Source: an uncultured Pseudomonadota bacterium (GTDB taxonomy: Bacteria; Myxococcota_A; Polyangia; Fen-1088). From it: a DNA stretch of 64,000 bases. The translations under genes and the position numbers were made by a program. Position 1 is the first letter of the stretch; each line of letters opens with the position of its first letter. The notes under the pieces are model-generated. The model saw nothing but the letters and a program-made list of their open reading frames with translations. It made no database searches and was not told where the DNA came from. The stretch covers positions 224,001 to 288,000 of the forward strand of contig CAWKBC010000014.1 of assembly GCA_963847705.1 (NCBI GenBank), read 5' to 3'. Shown piece by piece: positions 34,470 through 44,063 of the stretch.

Positions 34470-35357
34470 ATGAACCGGATGTCCGCGCCCCGAGTCGTTC
34501 CTGTCGTCGCGCTCGCGCTCACCCTCCAGGCCCTCGGTTGCAGGAACGCGCCCGATCCGGCGTTCACGCAGCTCGCCGAGGCCCGCCACCTGGCCGACGA
34601 TCTGCGGGTCCAGCTGGCCAAGGCCTCGAACGCGTCCGATCGTGCGGTCATGGCCGACACCGACGAGGAGTCGGCCACCTTCGCCCACGAGGCCCAGCAG
34701 GCGACGGGCGCGATCGAGAGCGGGTCGGCCGCGCTCTCGACCCGGCTGCAGAGTCTCGGCTACGCCCCCGAGCTCCACGCGCTGCAGGACTTCACCGATC
34801 GCTTCGCGGCCTACCGCACGCTCGACCACGACGTCCTCGAGCTGGCGGTCCAGAACACCAACCTCAAGGCCCAGCGCCTCTCGTTCGGCCCCGTCCGGGA
34901 GACGGCCGACGCATTCCGGGACAGCCTGCAAGCCGCCGCGCAGCTGGCGCCGGCCAAGGATCGCTGTCGCGTCGACGCGCTCGTCGCGCGCGCCGAGCTG
35001 GCGGTGCGCGAGATCCAGATCCTGCAGGCTCCGCACATCGCGGAGCCCGACGAGGCGGCGATGACCAAGATCGAGAGCCAGATGACGGAACGTCTGGCGG
35101 CGGCGAGAGACGTGCTCAAGAGCCTCGGCGCCGGCGCGAGCACCGCGATGGCGCGGCCGCTGGCCGCGGCGAGCACAGCGCTCGATCGCTTCGACAAGCT
35201 CTCCGCCGAGCTGGTGGCACTCTCGCGGCGCAACAGCAACGTTCGCTCGCTCGCGCTGGCCCTGCGCCGCGCGCCGCAGCTGGTGGCTGCCTGCGACGGA
35301 AGCCTGGCCATCCTTCAGGAGGCGCTGGCGAAGGAGGGGTTCAGCGGGACGCGATAG
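34470..35357 (+). CDS. Lipoprotein with chemoreceptor-like helical-bundle domain
   Basis: ALGC lipobox; all-helical, with AVMADTDE, LAVQNTNLKA, PHIAE and LSRRNSNVRS; no cytoplasmic signalling domain. Confidence 0.65.
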   Translation: MNRMSAPRVVPVVALALTLQALGCRNAPDPAFTQLAEARHLADDLRVQLAKASNASDRAVMADTDEESATFAHEAQQATGAIESGSAALSTRLQSLGYAPELHALQDFTDRFAAYRTLDHDVLELAVQNTNLKAQRLSFGPVRETADAFRDSLQAAAQLAPAKDRCRVDALVARAELAVREIQILQAPHIAEPDEAAMTKIESQMTERLAAARDVLKSLGAGASTAMARPLAAASTALDRFDKLSAELVALSRRNSNVRSLALALRRAPQLVAACDGSLAILQEALAKEGFSGTR

Positions 35358-35542
35358 GCCGCCTCCGGGCAGCCCTGCCAGCCGGTCGGTCGCGACCGGG
35401 GCGAAAACGTTTCAATATGCAATCCCGTCCACCCCTGTTCGTTGTGTTTTGCAATGCCACCTGCGGTCTAACACCCGGCTTTTACAGTCAATTACCGTCG
35501 CAGAAACAAGGCATACACATTGCGTAGGTACCATGCCTTCGC

Positions 35543-37639
35543 ATGAGTCAACCGGAGCACCTGTCGTCTGAGTCTGATGTTGCACCGACCGAACAGCCCA
35601 TACCCCCTGTCTCGGACGGCGTGCCACGCCCCACCTCGGTCACCTCGGAGATCTCCGGGGTCTACGAGGCGGATCGGTCGTTCGGCGTGCGCGTCAAGCG
35701 CGCGCTGTTCGGCAACCCGCGTGATGTGCACGACTCGCGGATCTTCCACCAGATCTCGCTGATTCCATTCCTGGCCTGGGTGGGCCTGGGCGCCGACGGG
35801 CTCTCCTCGTCGGCCTACGGCCCGGAGGAGGCGTTCCGGAACCTGCACGAGCACACCTACCTGGCCGTCGCGCTCGCCGCGGTGATGGCCATGACGGTGT
35901 TCATCATCTCGGCCGCCTACCGCGGCATCATCGAGCAGTTCCCGCACGGCGGCGGCGGCTACGTCGTCGCCACCAAGCTGCTGGGAAAGGCGGCCGGCGT
36001 CACCTCCGGCTCGGCGCTGCTGGTCGACTACATCCTCACCATCACCGTTTCGATCGCCGCCGCCGGCGACGCCATCTTCAGCTTCCTGCCGCCCGGGTGG
36101 ATCGCGCTCAAGATGCCGCTCGAGATCACCTTCATCGGCGCGCTGACCACGCTCAACCTCCGCGGGGCAAAGGAGTCGGCGATCGCGCTGGCGCCGGTCT
36201 TTCTCCTGTTCTGCGTGACCCACCTGGCGCTCATCGTGGGGGGCATCCTCGGCCACGCCCCCGAGCTGCCGGCCACCGCGCACGCCGTCACCACCGGCTT
36301 CCATCACGGCCTCGGCACGCTGGGGATGGGCGGCATGTTGCTGCTGTTCGTGCACGCCTACTCCCTGGGCGGCGGCACGTACACCGGGATCGAGGCGGTC
36401 TCCAACGGCTTGCCCATCATGCGCGAGCCGCGCGTGCAGACCGCCAAGCGGACCATGGTCTACATGGCGACGTCGCTGGCGTTCACCGCCTCGGGGCTCC
36501 TCATCTGCTACCTGCTCTGGCACATCACGCCGGAGAACGGCAAGACGATGAACGCGGTTCTGGCCGAGCGCCTGACCGCGCACCTGCCCCTGCGCGGGCT
36601 GATCGTGGTGGTGACGATGCTGTCGGAGGGGATCCTGCTGGTCGTCGCCGCGCAGGCCGGCTTCATCGACGGGCCGCGCGTTCTGGCGAACATGGCGGTC
36701 GATTCCTGGGTGCCGCGGCGGTTCGCCGCGCTGTCGGACCGACTGACCACGCACAACGGGATCGTGCTGATGGGCGCGACGTCGCTGGCCGCGCTGCTCT
36801 ACGCCAAGGGCGATGTCGGGACGCTGGTGGTCATGTACAGCATCAACGTCTTCCTGACCTTCTCGCTGTCGATGTTCGGCATGCTCCGCCACACCTGGAA
36901 GACCCGCCGCGAGACCCCGCGCTGGCACCGCAAGATGCTGCTGTTCGGCGTCGGCTTCGCGCTCTGCGCCACGATCCTGGTCATCACCGTGATGGAGAAG
37001 TTCAAGGAGGGTGGCTGGATCACCCTGCTCTGCACCGGCGCCGTCATCGGGCTCTGCTTCGTCATTCGCGGTCACTACCGCAGGGTGCGTTTCAAGTTGG
37101 CGCAGCTCTATCAGGACGTGAAGCACATCGGCGCCTCGGTCGAGCTGGCGCCGATCCCCATCACGGATCGCCGCGCGCCGACCGCGGCCGTGCTGGTGCC
37201 GAACTTCGGCGGCATCGGCATCCACACCATCCTCAACGTGTTCCGCGCCTTCCCCTCGCACTTCAAGAACCTGGTCTTCATTTCAGTCGGGGTGATCGAC
37301 TCGGGGGGTTTCAAGGGGGCTGAGGCGGTCGAGTCGCTGGAGGCGGACACGGAGGCGATGCTCAAACGGTACGGCGCCGTCGCCACCGAGCTCGGTGTCC
37401 CCTCGGACTACCGGTTCACGGTGGGCACCGACGCGGTGGCCGAGGCCGAGAAGCTCTGCCTGGCGCTGATCCGGGACTTTCCGATCGTGACGTTCTTCGC
37501 CGGCAAGGTCGTGTTCGAGCAGGAGCGCTGGTACCAGCGCTTCCTGCACAACGAGACCGCGCTCTCGATCCAGAAGCGCCTCTACTGGGCCGGCGCGACG
37601 ATGGTGGTTCTGCCCGCGCGCGTGACCGGCGCGGGCTGA
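35543..37639 (+). CDS. APC-family K+ transporter (KimA/YdaO-like)
   Basis: ADGLSSSAYGPEE (KimA-type D..Y), GGGGYVVA, LLVDYILT and TGIEAVSN; C-terminal cytoplasmic domain with LHNET. Confidence 0.82.
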   Translation: MSQPEHLSSESDVAPTEQPIPPVSDGVPRPTSVTSEISGVYEADRSFGVRVKRALFGNPRDVHDSRIFHQISLIPFLAWVGLGADGLSSSAYGPEEAFRNLHEHTYLAVALAAVMAMTVFIISAAYRGIIEQFPHGGGGYVVATKLLGKAAGVTSGSALLVDYILTITVSIAAAGDAIFSFLPPGWIALKMPLEITFIGALTTLNLRGAKESAIALAPVFLLFCVTHLALIVGGILGHAPELPATAHAVTTGFHHGLGTLGMGGMLLLFVHAYSLGGGTYTGIEAVSNGLPIMREPRVQTAKRTMVYMATSLAFTASGLLICYLLWHITPENGKTMNAVLAERLTAHLPLRGLIVVVTMLSEGILLVVAAQAGFIDGPRVLANMAVDSWVPRRFAALSDRLTTHNGIVLMGATSLAALLYAKGDVGTLVVMYSINVFLTFSLSMFGMLRHTWKTRRETPRWHRKMLLFGVGFALCATILVITVMEKFKEGGWITLLCTGAVIGLCFVIRGHYRRVRFKLAQLYQDVKHIGASVELAPIPITDRRAPTAAVLVPNFGGIGIHTILNVFRAFPSHFKNLVFISVGVIDSGGFKGAEAVESLEADTEAMLKRYGAVATELGVPSDYRFTVGTDAVAEAEKLCLALIRDFPIVTFFAGKVVFEQERWYQRFLHNETALSIQKRLYWAGATMVVLPARVTGAG

Positions 37640-37656
37640 ACCGCCTCGCTTCCGCG

Positions 37657-38127
37657 TCAGGCGGCGATGAGCTGGTTCGAGCCGCCCATCTCGGCCGGCA
37701 GATCCTTCTGCTTGGGGACGCCGTCGTCGAGGTGCAGCACCGCCTCCTGATAGTTGACGTGTACGCCCGCCTGGAACGGAAAGTCGGGGATGACCGCCGC
37801 GTAGACGTCGATGAGGCCCCAGTGCGGGTGCTCGGTCATGAGGTGGCCGCCGCAGGTCTTGCACCACTTCCGGTGACTGGCGGGGCTCTTGCTGAAGGCG
37901 CCGATCTGCTCGGCCCCCTTCACGACCCGGACGCTGGCCGCGGGCCAGAGGGTGAATCCGTTGACCGGGCTGGCGCTCCACAGCCGGCACGAGCTGCAAT
38001 GACAGTAGCCCATCCCGGCCGGGTCGCCGCTGACGGCGAGCTCCACCGCTCCACAGAAACAGCTGCCTCGATGGGTCTTGGTCTGGCTCGTCTTCTCACT
38101 CGTCCTGTCGCTCGTCTTCTCGCTCAT
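37657..38127 (-). CDS. GFA (CENP-V) family Zn-binding protein
   Basis: GSCFCG, YCHCSSCR and WCKTCG. Confidence 0.92.
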   Translation of the reverse strand: MSEKTSDRTSEKTSQTKTHRGSCFCGAVELAVSGDPAGMGYCHCSSCRLWSASPVNGFTLWPAASVRVVKGAEQIGAFSKSPASHRKWCKTCGGHLMTEHPHWGLIDVYAAVIPDFPFQAGVHVNYQEAVLHLDDGVPKQKDLPAEMGGSNQLIAA

Positions 38128-38208
38128 TTGGCCCTCCTTCCAGGGTCGCTGAACAACCTACGCGAGCGGGCGATTGCTGGGACACGGCAGATCAGACACA
38201 CTCGCGTG

Positions 38209-39246
38209 GTGATCCGGCCATCTCGCAGATCTCCCGCAGCCGTCATCGACGTCACCGTCGTCCTGCTCGAGCGCGCGCTGCCTTCGACCTCCGTGGCGCC
38301 GATCGAGATCTTCAGCTGTGCCGGCGTCCTCTGGCAAACGATCCACCGCCAGCCGTTGCAGCCCCGGTTCGCCGTGCGCGCCGTGTCGCTCGACGGGGAA
38401 GCGACCAGGCACTCCATCCCCGTTCAGCTGAAACCGGAGGGGACGCTGGCCTCGGTGAAGCGGACCGACCTCATCATCGTTCCGACGGCGGAGTTCGATC
38501 TCGACGCCTCGAACCGCGCCAACGCGGTGTTGATCCCCTGGCTGCGCCGCTGGTACGGGCGCGGCGCGAGCATCGCCGGCATCTGCACCGGCGTCTCGCT
38601 GCTGGCGGAGGCCGGCCTGCTCGACGGCCGGCCCGCCACCACCCACTGGGCGATGGTCGGCGAGTTTCGGCGCCGCTATCCGCTGGTCGACTGGCAGCCG
38701 GATCGCTTCGTGACCGAGGCGGACCGAATTTTCTGCGGCGGCGGCGTCTATTCGGCCATCGATCTCAGCCTCTATCTCGTCGAGAAGTACTGCGGACACG
38801 AGGTGGCCGTCGAGACGGCCAAGGCGCTGCTCCTGGAGACACCGCGCATGTGGCAGTCCGCCTACGGCGCCTCGCCGCCGCGCTCGGGTCACGACGACGA
38901 GGAGATCCGGAGGGCGCAGGACTGGCTGTTCCGCAACTTCAAGCAGGAGGTGAGCCTCGACGACCTGGCCGCCCGGGTGGGGATGAGCCCCCGCAACTTC
39001 GCCCGCCGCTTCACCGCCGCCACCGGCGAGACGCCGCTCGGGTACCTGCACCGCCTGCGGATCGACGCCGCCCGCCACCTGCTCGAGACGCGCGGCAAGA
39101 GCATCGCGGATGTCAGTCAGGCGGTCGGCTACGACGACCTCGGCTTCTTCCGCCGCCTGTTCAAGCGCCACACGGGCACGCCGCCCCAGGCCTACCGGGC
39201 GCGCTTCGGCCCCGGGCGCGCCCGGTCCGTCGCCGGCGTCGGTTAG
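38209..39246 (+). CDS. GlxA-family AraC transcriptional regulator
   Basis: DJ-1-like ICTG..AGLLDGRPATTHW domain plus AraC HTH; divergent from the GFA gene. Confidence 0.92.
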   Translation: MIRPSRRSPAAVIDVTVVLLERALPSTSVAPIEIFSCAGVLWQTIHRQPLQPRFAVRAVSLDGEATRHSIPVQLKPEGTLASVKRTDLIIVPTAEFDLDASNRANAVLIPWLRRWYGRGASIAGICTGVSLLAEAGLLDGRPATTHWAMVGEFRRRYPLVDWQPDRFVTEADRIFCGGGVYSAIDLSLYLVEKYCGHEVAVETAKALLLETPRMWQSAYGASPPRSGHDDEEIRRAQDWLFRNFKQEVSLDDLAARVGMSPRNFARRFTAATGETPLGYLHRLRIDAARHLLETRGKSIADVSQAVGYDDLGFFRRLFKRHTGTPPQAYRARFGPGRARSVAGVG

Positions 39247-39409
39247 GGCGCCGCGCCGACCATGCGCAGCTCCGCGACGCTGGTCCAGGCGTTGCCGCCG
39301 ACCAGCCGCGCCGCCCGATCCGCCTGTGGCGGGACGACCAGCCGCGCCCGACGCGCCCTGACCCGCGCCACCGCGGCGCTCCCCTCGCTCCGGTCTCCGC
39401 GATCGGCGA

Positions 39410-39688
39410 TCAACGTTTGGTGCTGCGCCCCTTGGGAGAGCCGAGCCGCGCGGTCTGTCGCAACCCCAGCGTCACGCCCGACTTCTGTCGATTGGCCGCC
39501 TTGCGCGTCGACTTTCGCGATGGGCGGCCCGCGGCCGTCTTCTGTTCCAGCTGAAAGCCGGCGTGCGCCGAAACGCGCGCCGCCTCATTGTGCGTACCGC
39601 GCGAAGGCCTGACCTTTTTCACCTGCGGCGTTCGCTTGGGTCCCGATCGTTCGGCCGCGCTCCGATACCGTTCTGCCTTCGTCGCCAT
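39410..39688 (-). CDS. Small basic hypothetical protein
   Basis: Lys/Arg-rich 92 aa with RPSRKSTRK. Confidence 0.55.
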   Translation of the reverse strand: MATKAERYRSAAERSGPKRTPQVKKVRPSRGTHNEAARVSAHAGFQLEQKTAAGRPSRKSTRKAANRQKSGVTLGLRQTARLGSPKGRSTKR

Positions 39689-39779
39689 CGGACCAAAGGT
39701 GTGTCCCGCGGTGGCTTCAGCAAGCGCACCTCTCCTCTCTTTTGCGTCGGCGATCCGGGATCGCCCTCCCCGGCGACGC

Positions 39780-40415
39780 CTAGACAGGAACGCTGTCGAA
39801 GAAGGTCACCTCGCCCGTCGACAGATCCAGCTCGCTGCCGACCACGGCCAGGCCCCCCTCGTCGGCGAGCCGCTCGATCACCTCGGACCCGTGGCGAAGG
39901 TGGTTGACCGAGGCGCGCACGTTGGCGCGCATCGCCTCGCGGTGCAGCCGCACGGAGTCGCGCACGAGATCGGTCGTCATCAGCCCCTCGATGCCCGGGC
40001 GGACGCGGTTCACGATCGACATCAGGTTGCTGGACGCCGGCCCGTGGCCAGTGATCGCCTCGATGGTGGCGTGGATGGCGCCGCACTGCGTGTGCCCCAT
40101 GACCACCACCAGCCTGGTGCCGAAGCGCTCGGCGGCGAACTCGACACTGCCGACCTGCGACGGCGCGACGATGTTCCCGGCCACCCGGATGACGAACAGG
40201 TCGCCCAGCCCCTGATCGAACACGATCTCGGCCGGAGCGCGCGAGTCGGAACAGCCGAGAATGATGGCGACCGGCTTCTGCGGCGCCTGATCGTCGCGGC
40301 GGCTGTGGCTGAGCATCGCATCGACGCTGCGGACGTTCTTGATGTAGCGGTCGTTGCCTTCTTTGAGTCGCGACAGGGCCTCGGCCGCGGGAATGATGAC
40401 GCGTTCTTCCGACAT
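39780..40415 (-). CDS. Beta-class carbonic anhydrase
   Basis: GCSDSR, RVAGN and GHTQCGA. Confidence 0.95.
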   Translation of the reverse strand: MSEERVIIPAAEALSRLKEGNDRYIKNVRSVDAMLSHSRRDDQAPQKPVAIILGCSDSRAPAEIVFDQGLGDLFVIRVAGNIVAPSQVGSVEFAAERFGTRLVVVMGHTQCGAIHATIEAITGHGPASSNLMSIVNRVRPGIEGLMTTDLVRDSVRLHREAMRANVRASVNHLRHGSEVIERLADEGGLAVVGSELDLSTGEVTFFDSVPV

Positions 40416-40498
40416 GACCTTCGTATACCGCAGCTCGCGCCGGATCCGAATACCTGGATGTGCTGGCGAAATCGCGCCGCGTGTCCAGCTTCTTGGGC

Positions 40499-40741
40499 AT
40501 GCCCATCAAACCCGATGACGGCGTCCCCGAAGAGGCCACGGTCGAGCCCCGGATCGTGACGCCCGAGGAGGACGCCCTGCGTGCGGAGCGTCGGCTCGAC
40601 TGGCAAGAGCGCACGCACCTCAGGCGGTGGCCGCTTCCGAACGATGCCCTCCGCCAGCCCGGCGAGCTGTCGCCGTCCCCCGAGAGGCGCCACGAAGAGC
40701 ACGACTGGGACGAGCTGCGCCGGGAAGAGCTGCGCTACTAG
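40499..40741 (+). CDS. Small hypothetical protein
   Basis: Charged 80-aa ORF directly upstream of the DUF3175 gene. Confidence 0.45.
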   Translation: MPIKPDDGVPEEATVEPRIVTPEEDALRAERRLDWQERTHLRRWPLPNDALRQPGELSPSPERRHEEHDWDELRREELRY

Positions 40742-40768
40742 AGCGGGCAGGCACACGGGTCAAAGACG

Positions 40769-41074
40769 ATGGCCGCCGGCAAGCCGCTCAACCGCTGGTC
40801 GCAGCGGGTGACCGAGACCAGCGACGCGATGGACCTCGAACGCGGGGTCTTCAAGCAGAAGAGCCCGCGGGCGATCGCGCGCTCGGTCAAGCGTTCGGCG
40901 GAGGCGAGCACCCGCCGCAAGTCGCCGCCGTTTCGCTCGGCGATGTCGATGCTGACCTTCTACCTGAACCGCGGTGGCAAGAACCTCCCCGCCGCCGAGA
41001 AGAAGATTCTCGTGCGCGCGAAGGACGAGCTCAGGAAGCTTTATGGTCGGCCGACCCAGGCCGAAAAACGATGA
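40769..41074 (+). CDS. DUF3175-family protein
   Basis: WSQRVTETSDAMDLE and RSAMSMLTFYLNRGGKNL. Confidence 0.85.
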   Translation: MAAGKPLNRWSQRVTETSDAMDLERGVFKQKSPRAIARSVKRSAEASTRRKSPPFRSAMSMLTFYLNRGGKNLPAAEKKILVRAKDELRKLYGRPTQAEKR

Positions 41075-41630
41075 GCGTCACCTGTCCGGTGGGCGCCCAT
41101 TCGCGGGCGAAGTTCTCCAGGCTGTTTTCGCTCAGCCCGCGAGCCGGATCGAGCGTCAGCAACCGGTGGTCGCGCCGGTCGATGGCCACGACCACCTCGT
41201 AGTGCGCCAGGGCACGCCCACCGGTCATGGGCTTGGCCAGGCCGACCAGTACCGGACGCCCGCGAGCAAGCTGGTCGAAGAGGTCGGCGAAGGTGCCTGC
41301 CACCACGAACGCTGAAAGCCCCTTGGCCCGCGCCAGGTCTCGCAGGTCGCCCGCGCGCACACCGCCGTCGCGGGGCGGATCCGCGGCGACGACCTCCGCC
41401 AGCGAGGCCGGGACGCCGAAGTGCGCGAGCACCATCGCCAGGGCCGCCGGACCGCAATCCGAATCGGATTGCTGCGCGATGAACGGAACGTCGGGCGCGA
41501 ACGTCCAGGAGGGATCGGCGGCCAGGGCCGACGCCCTCTGGGGCGAGACGGCGCGCGCGCCCCCCGTGTAGCAGCCGGAGGCTGACGCCCAGAGCAGGGC
41601 CAGCCCGAAGAGCGTGCGCGCCCGACGCAT
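41031..41630 (-). CDS. Stand-alone C39-family cysteine peptidase, lipoprotein
   Basis: ASGC lipobox; QQSDSDCGPAALAMVL (Cys), AHYEVV (His) and LDPARG (Asp). Confidence 0.85.
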   Translation of the reverse strand: MRRARTLFGLALLWASASGCYTGGARAVSPQRASALAADPSWTFAPDVPFIAQQSDSDCGPAALAMVLAHFGVPASLAEVVAADPPRDGGVRAGDLRDLARAKGLSAFVVAGTFADLFDQLARGRPVLVGLAKPMTGGRALAHYEVVVAIDRRDHRLLTLDPARGLSENSLENFAREWAPTGQVTLIVFRPGSADHKAS

Positions 41631-41929
41631 CAGAGAAGCAGGATGAGGAGAATGATCAGCACGATGAGCAGAACACCGCTGCCGATGTAGATCGTGACGC
41701 CGCCACCCTTGAAGTCCTGGAGATTGCGGGCCTTCTGCTCTCGCGTGGACAGATTCGCCCCCTCGGAATCGCTCGAGGGTGTTGCCCCCGAAGCACCCGT
41801 CGTCCCGACCCCGTTGGCGATGGCCGCCAGCGGCGCGGGCTCGGAAGCGAGGGCCTTCGCCGAGCTCACCATCGGAAAGCACCAGACCCCCAGCAACGTT
41901 GCGATGACCCCTGCGCGAATCCTGTTCAT
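41630..41929 (-). CDS. Small secreted protein with a double-glycine motif and C-terminal TM helix (PA2779-like architecture)
   Basis: Signal peptide, then LQDFKGG|GVTIYIGSGVLLIVLIILLILLL; AGGAG RBS; stop overlaps the peptidase ATG. Confidence 0.75.
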   Translation of the reverse strand: MNRIRAGVIATLLGVWCFPMVSSAKALASEPAPLAAIANGVGTTGASGATPSSDSEGANLSTREQKARNLQDFKGGGVTIYIGSGVLLIVLIILLILLL

Positions 41930-42019
41930 GCGGTCTCCTACCTTTGTGATGAACACAAAACTTAAACACGACCGCAGAATGGGGAAGCGGCTGATGGAAT
42001 TCCTGGCGGGACCCTACCC

Positions 42020-42283
42020 CTATTTGACGCCACCCGCCCCCGCCCGCACGCGCGCCACGATGTGCTTGATCTCGTCCTCGGTGCAGCCGGCCCGAACCAA
42101 CTCCAGGCGCAGGGCGGCGACGGCCGCGTCGACCCCTTCCCTGAGCCCGGCCTCGCGCCCCGCCAGAAACTCCGCGCTCTTGTAGGTTTGCGTCTGCCGC
42201 TCGGAGGCGCCCAGCGGCTGCATTTCGTCGAGGTGGGTCGGCTCGTCCTCGAAGACTTCAGGTGATTCGTCGTCCCGCACCAT
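42020..42283 (-). CDS. Small hypothetical protein
   Basis: 87-aa ORF with GC-typical codon usage. Confidence 0.5.
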   Translation of the reverse strand: MVRDDESPEVFEDEPTHLDEMQPLGASERQTQTYKSAEFLAGREAGLREGVDAAVAALRLELVRAGCTEDEIKHIVARVRAGAGGVK

Positions 42284-42414
42284 GCGCCCAGGCTACCACC
42301 GCGGCGATGGTCCTGCTGACCGCAAACGCCTCGCTCTGTGCGCGGGTGTGCGCCACTCCGCCCGCCTGGTCTGGCGGGCGGAGCGCCCGTCACCGCTGGA
42401 GTCGCGGCGGGTGG

Positions 42415-44037
42415 CTAGAGCGTGTCGATGCGGTGCGTGCGGCTCTCGCGGATGGCGACGAGCCCGATCACCACGGTGATCGCGGCGACGATGACCGGAT
42501 ACCAGAGCCCCGCGAAGATGTCCCCCTTGGCCGCCACCAGGGCCGCGGCGGTGAGAGGAAGCATCCCGCCGAACCAGCCGTTGCCGATGTGGTACGGCAG
42601 CGACATCGAGGTGTAGCGGATGCGCGCCGGGAACAGCTCGACCAGGAAGGCGGCGATGGGACCGTAGACCATCGTCACGTAGATGAGCTGGATGAAGACC
42701 AGCAGGATCAACACGGGGACGTTGACGTCCTCGGCCTTGGCGGTCGCAGGATAGCTCAGCGTCTTGAGCGCCGCGGTCAGCTTCGGTTCATCGAAGCCGA
42801 CGATGGTGGCGTCGTTGATGTGCGTGATCGCCTTGGCGCCCTCCTCGCCGTCCGTGGTGTCGAACGAGAGGCTGCGCTTGGAGAGGAAGTCCTGCACCTT
42901 GTCGCACTCGCTGAACACCGTCTTCGGGTTCGGGAAGAGGTGCATCTTGCAGTTGCTGGCGGTGAGCGAGATCTTCGTGCTCGCCGCGAACCGCTCCAGC
43001 GCCGGGTTGGCGTAGTGGGTCATCGCCTTGTAGATGGGGAAGTAGGTGACCGCCCCCAGCAGGCAGCCGGCCAGCATGATCTTCTTGCGGCCGACCTTGT
43101 CGGAGAGCCACCCGAAGAAGACGAAGAGCCCGGTGCCCATCGCCAGCGCCACCGCCAGGATCAGGTAGGCCGTCTTCCAATTCACCTTCAGTGTGCCGGT
43201 CAGGAAGAAGAGCGCATAGAACTGCCCCGTGTACCAGATGACCCCCTGCCCGGCGGCCGCGCCGAAGAGAGCGATGAGCACGATCTTGAGGTTCGCCCAG
43301 TTGGTGAAGCTGTCGCGCAGCGGCGCCTTGCTCCCCTTGCCCAGCGCCTTCATCTGCAAGAAGACCGGCGACTCGTCCAGCTTGAGCCGGATGTAGATCG
43401 AGATCACCAGCAAGACCAGCGAGAGCAAGAACGGGATCCGCCAGCCCCACGACTTGAAGGCGTCCTCGGTCATGTTCGAGCGGCAGAGCCCGATCACCAC
43501 CAGCGAGATGAAGAACCCCAGCGTGGCGGTGGTCTGGATCCAGCTGGTGTGCAGCCCGCGCTTGTTGTCGGGCGCGTGCTCCGCGACGTAGGTCGCGGCC
43601 CCGCCGTACTCGCCGCCGAGCGCCAGCCCCTGCGCCAGGCGCAGCAGCACCAGGATCGTCGGCGACAGCATCCCCACGCTGGCGTAGGTCGGCAACATCC
43701 CGACCGCCGCGGTGGCCAGGCCCATCACCATGATGGTGACCAGGAAGGTGTACTTCCGTCCCACCAGATCGCCGATGCGACCGAACACCAGCGCGCCGAA
43801 GGGGCGCACCAGGAATCCGGCCGCATAGGTGGCGAAGCTGGCCAGCAGCGCCGCGGTGGCGTTCCCCTTCGGGAAGAACAGGGTGGCGAAGAACGGCGCC
43901 AGCGTGGCGTAGATGTAGAAGTCGTACCACTCGAAAACGGTGCCCAGCGAGGAGGCGAAGATGACCTTTCGGATCTCCGCCCCGCTGAGCGCTCCCCCTG
44001 GTGTCGTTGCCGTGGAACCCGTGGTCATGGCGCTCAC
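42415..44037 (-). CDS. MFS transporter, MHS (metabolite:H+ symporter) family
   Basis: GTVFEWYDFY, GDLVGRK, QGLALGGEYGGA and ELFPARIRY. Confidence 0.95.
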   Translation of the reverse strand: MSAMTTGSTATTPGGALSGAEIRKVIFASSLGTVFEWYDFYIYATLAPFFATLFFPKGNATAALLASFATYAAGFLVRPFGALVFGRIGDLVGRKYTFLVTIMVMGLATAAVGMLPTYASVGMLSPTILVLLRLAQGLALGGEYGGAATYVAEHAPDNKRGLHTSWIQTTATLGFFISLVVIGLCRSNMTEDAFKSWGWRIPFLLSLVLLVISIYIRLKLDESPVFLQMKALGKGSKAPLRDSFTNWANLKIVLIALFGAAAGQGVIWYTGQFYALFFLTGTLKVNWKTAYLILAVALAMGTGLFVFFGWLSDKVGRKKIMLAGCLLGAVTYFPIYKAMTHYANPALERFAASTKISLTASNCKMHLFPNPKTVFSECDKVQDFLSKRSLSFDTTDGEEGAKAITHINDATIVGFDEPKLTAALKTLSYPATAKAEDVNVPVLILLVFIQLIYVTMVYGPIAAFLVELFPARIRYTSMSLPYHIGNGWFGGMLPLTAAALVAAKGDIFAGLWYPVIVAAITVVIGLVAIRESRTHRIDTL

Positions 44038-44063
44038 CCCCTTTTACTGTTTTTACCTCCTCT

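Noticed and set aside
35358-35542. ydaO/c-di-AMP riboswitch upstream of the KimA-like gene
   Set aside because: No recognisable conserved elements by eye.
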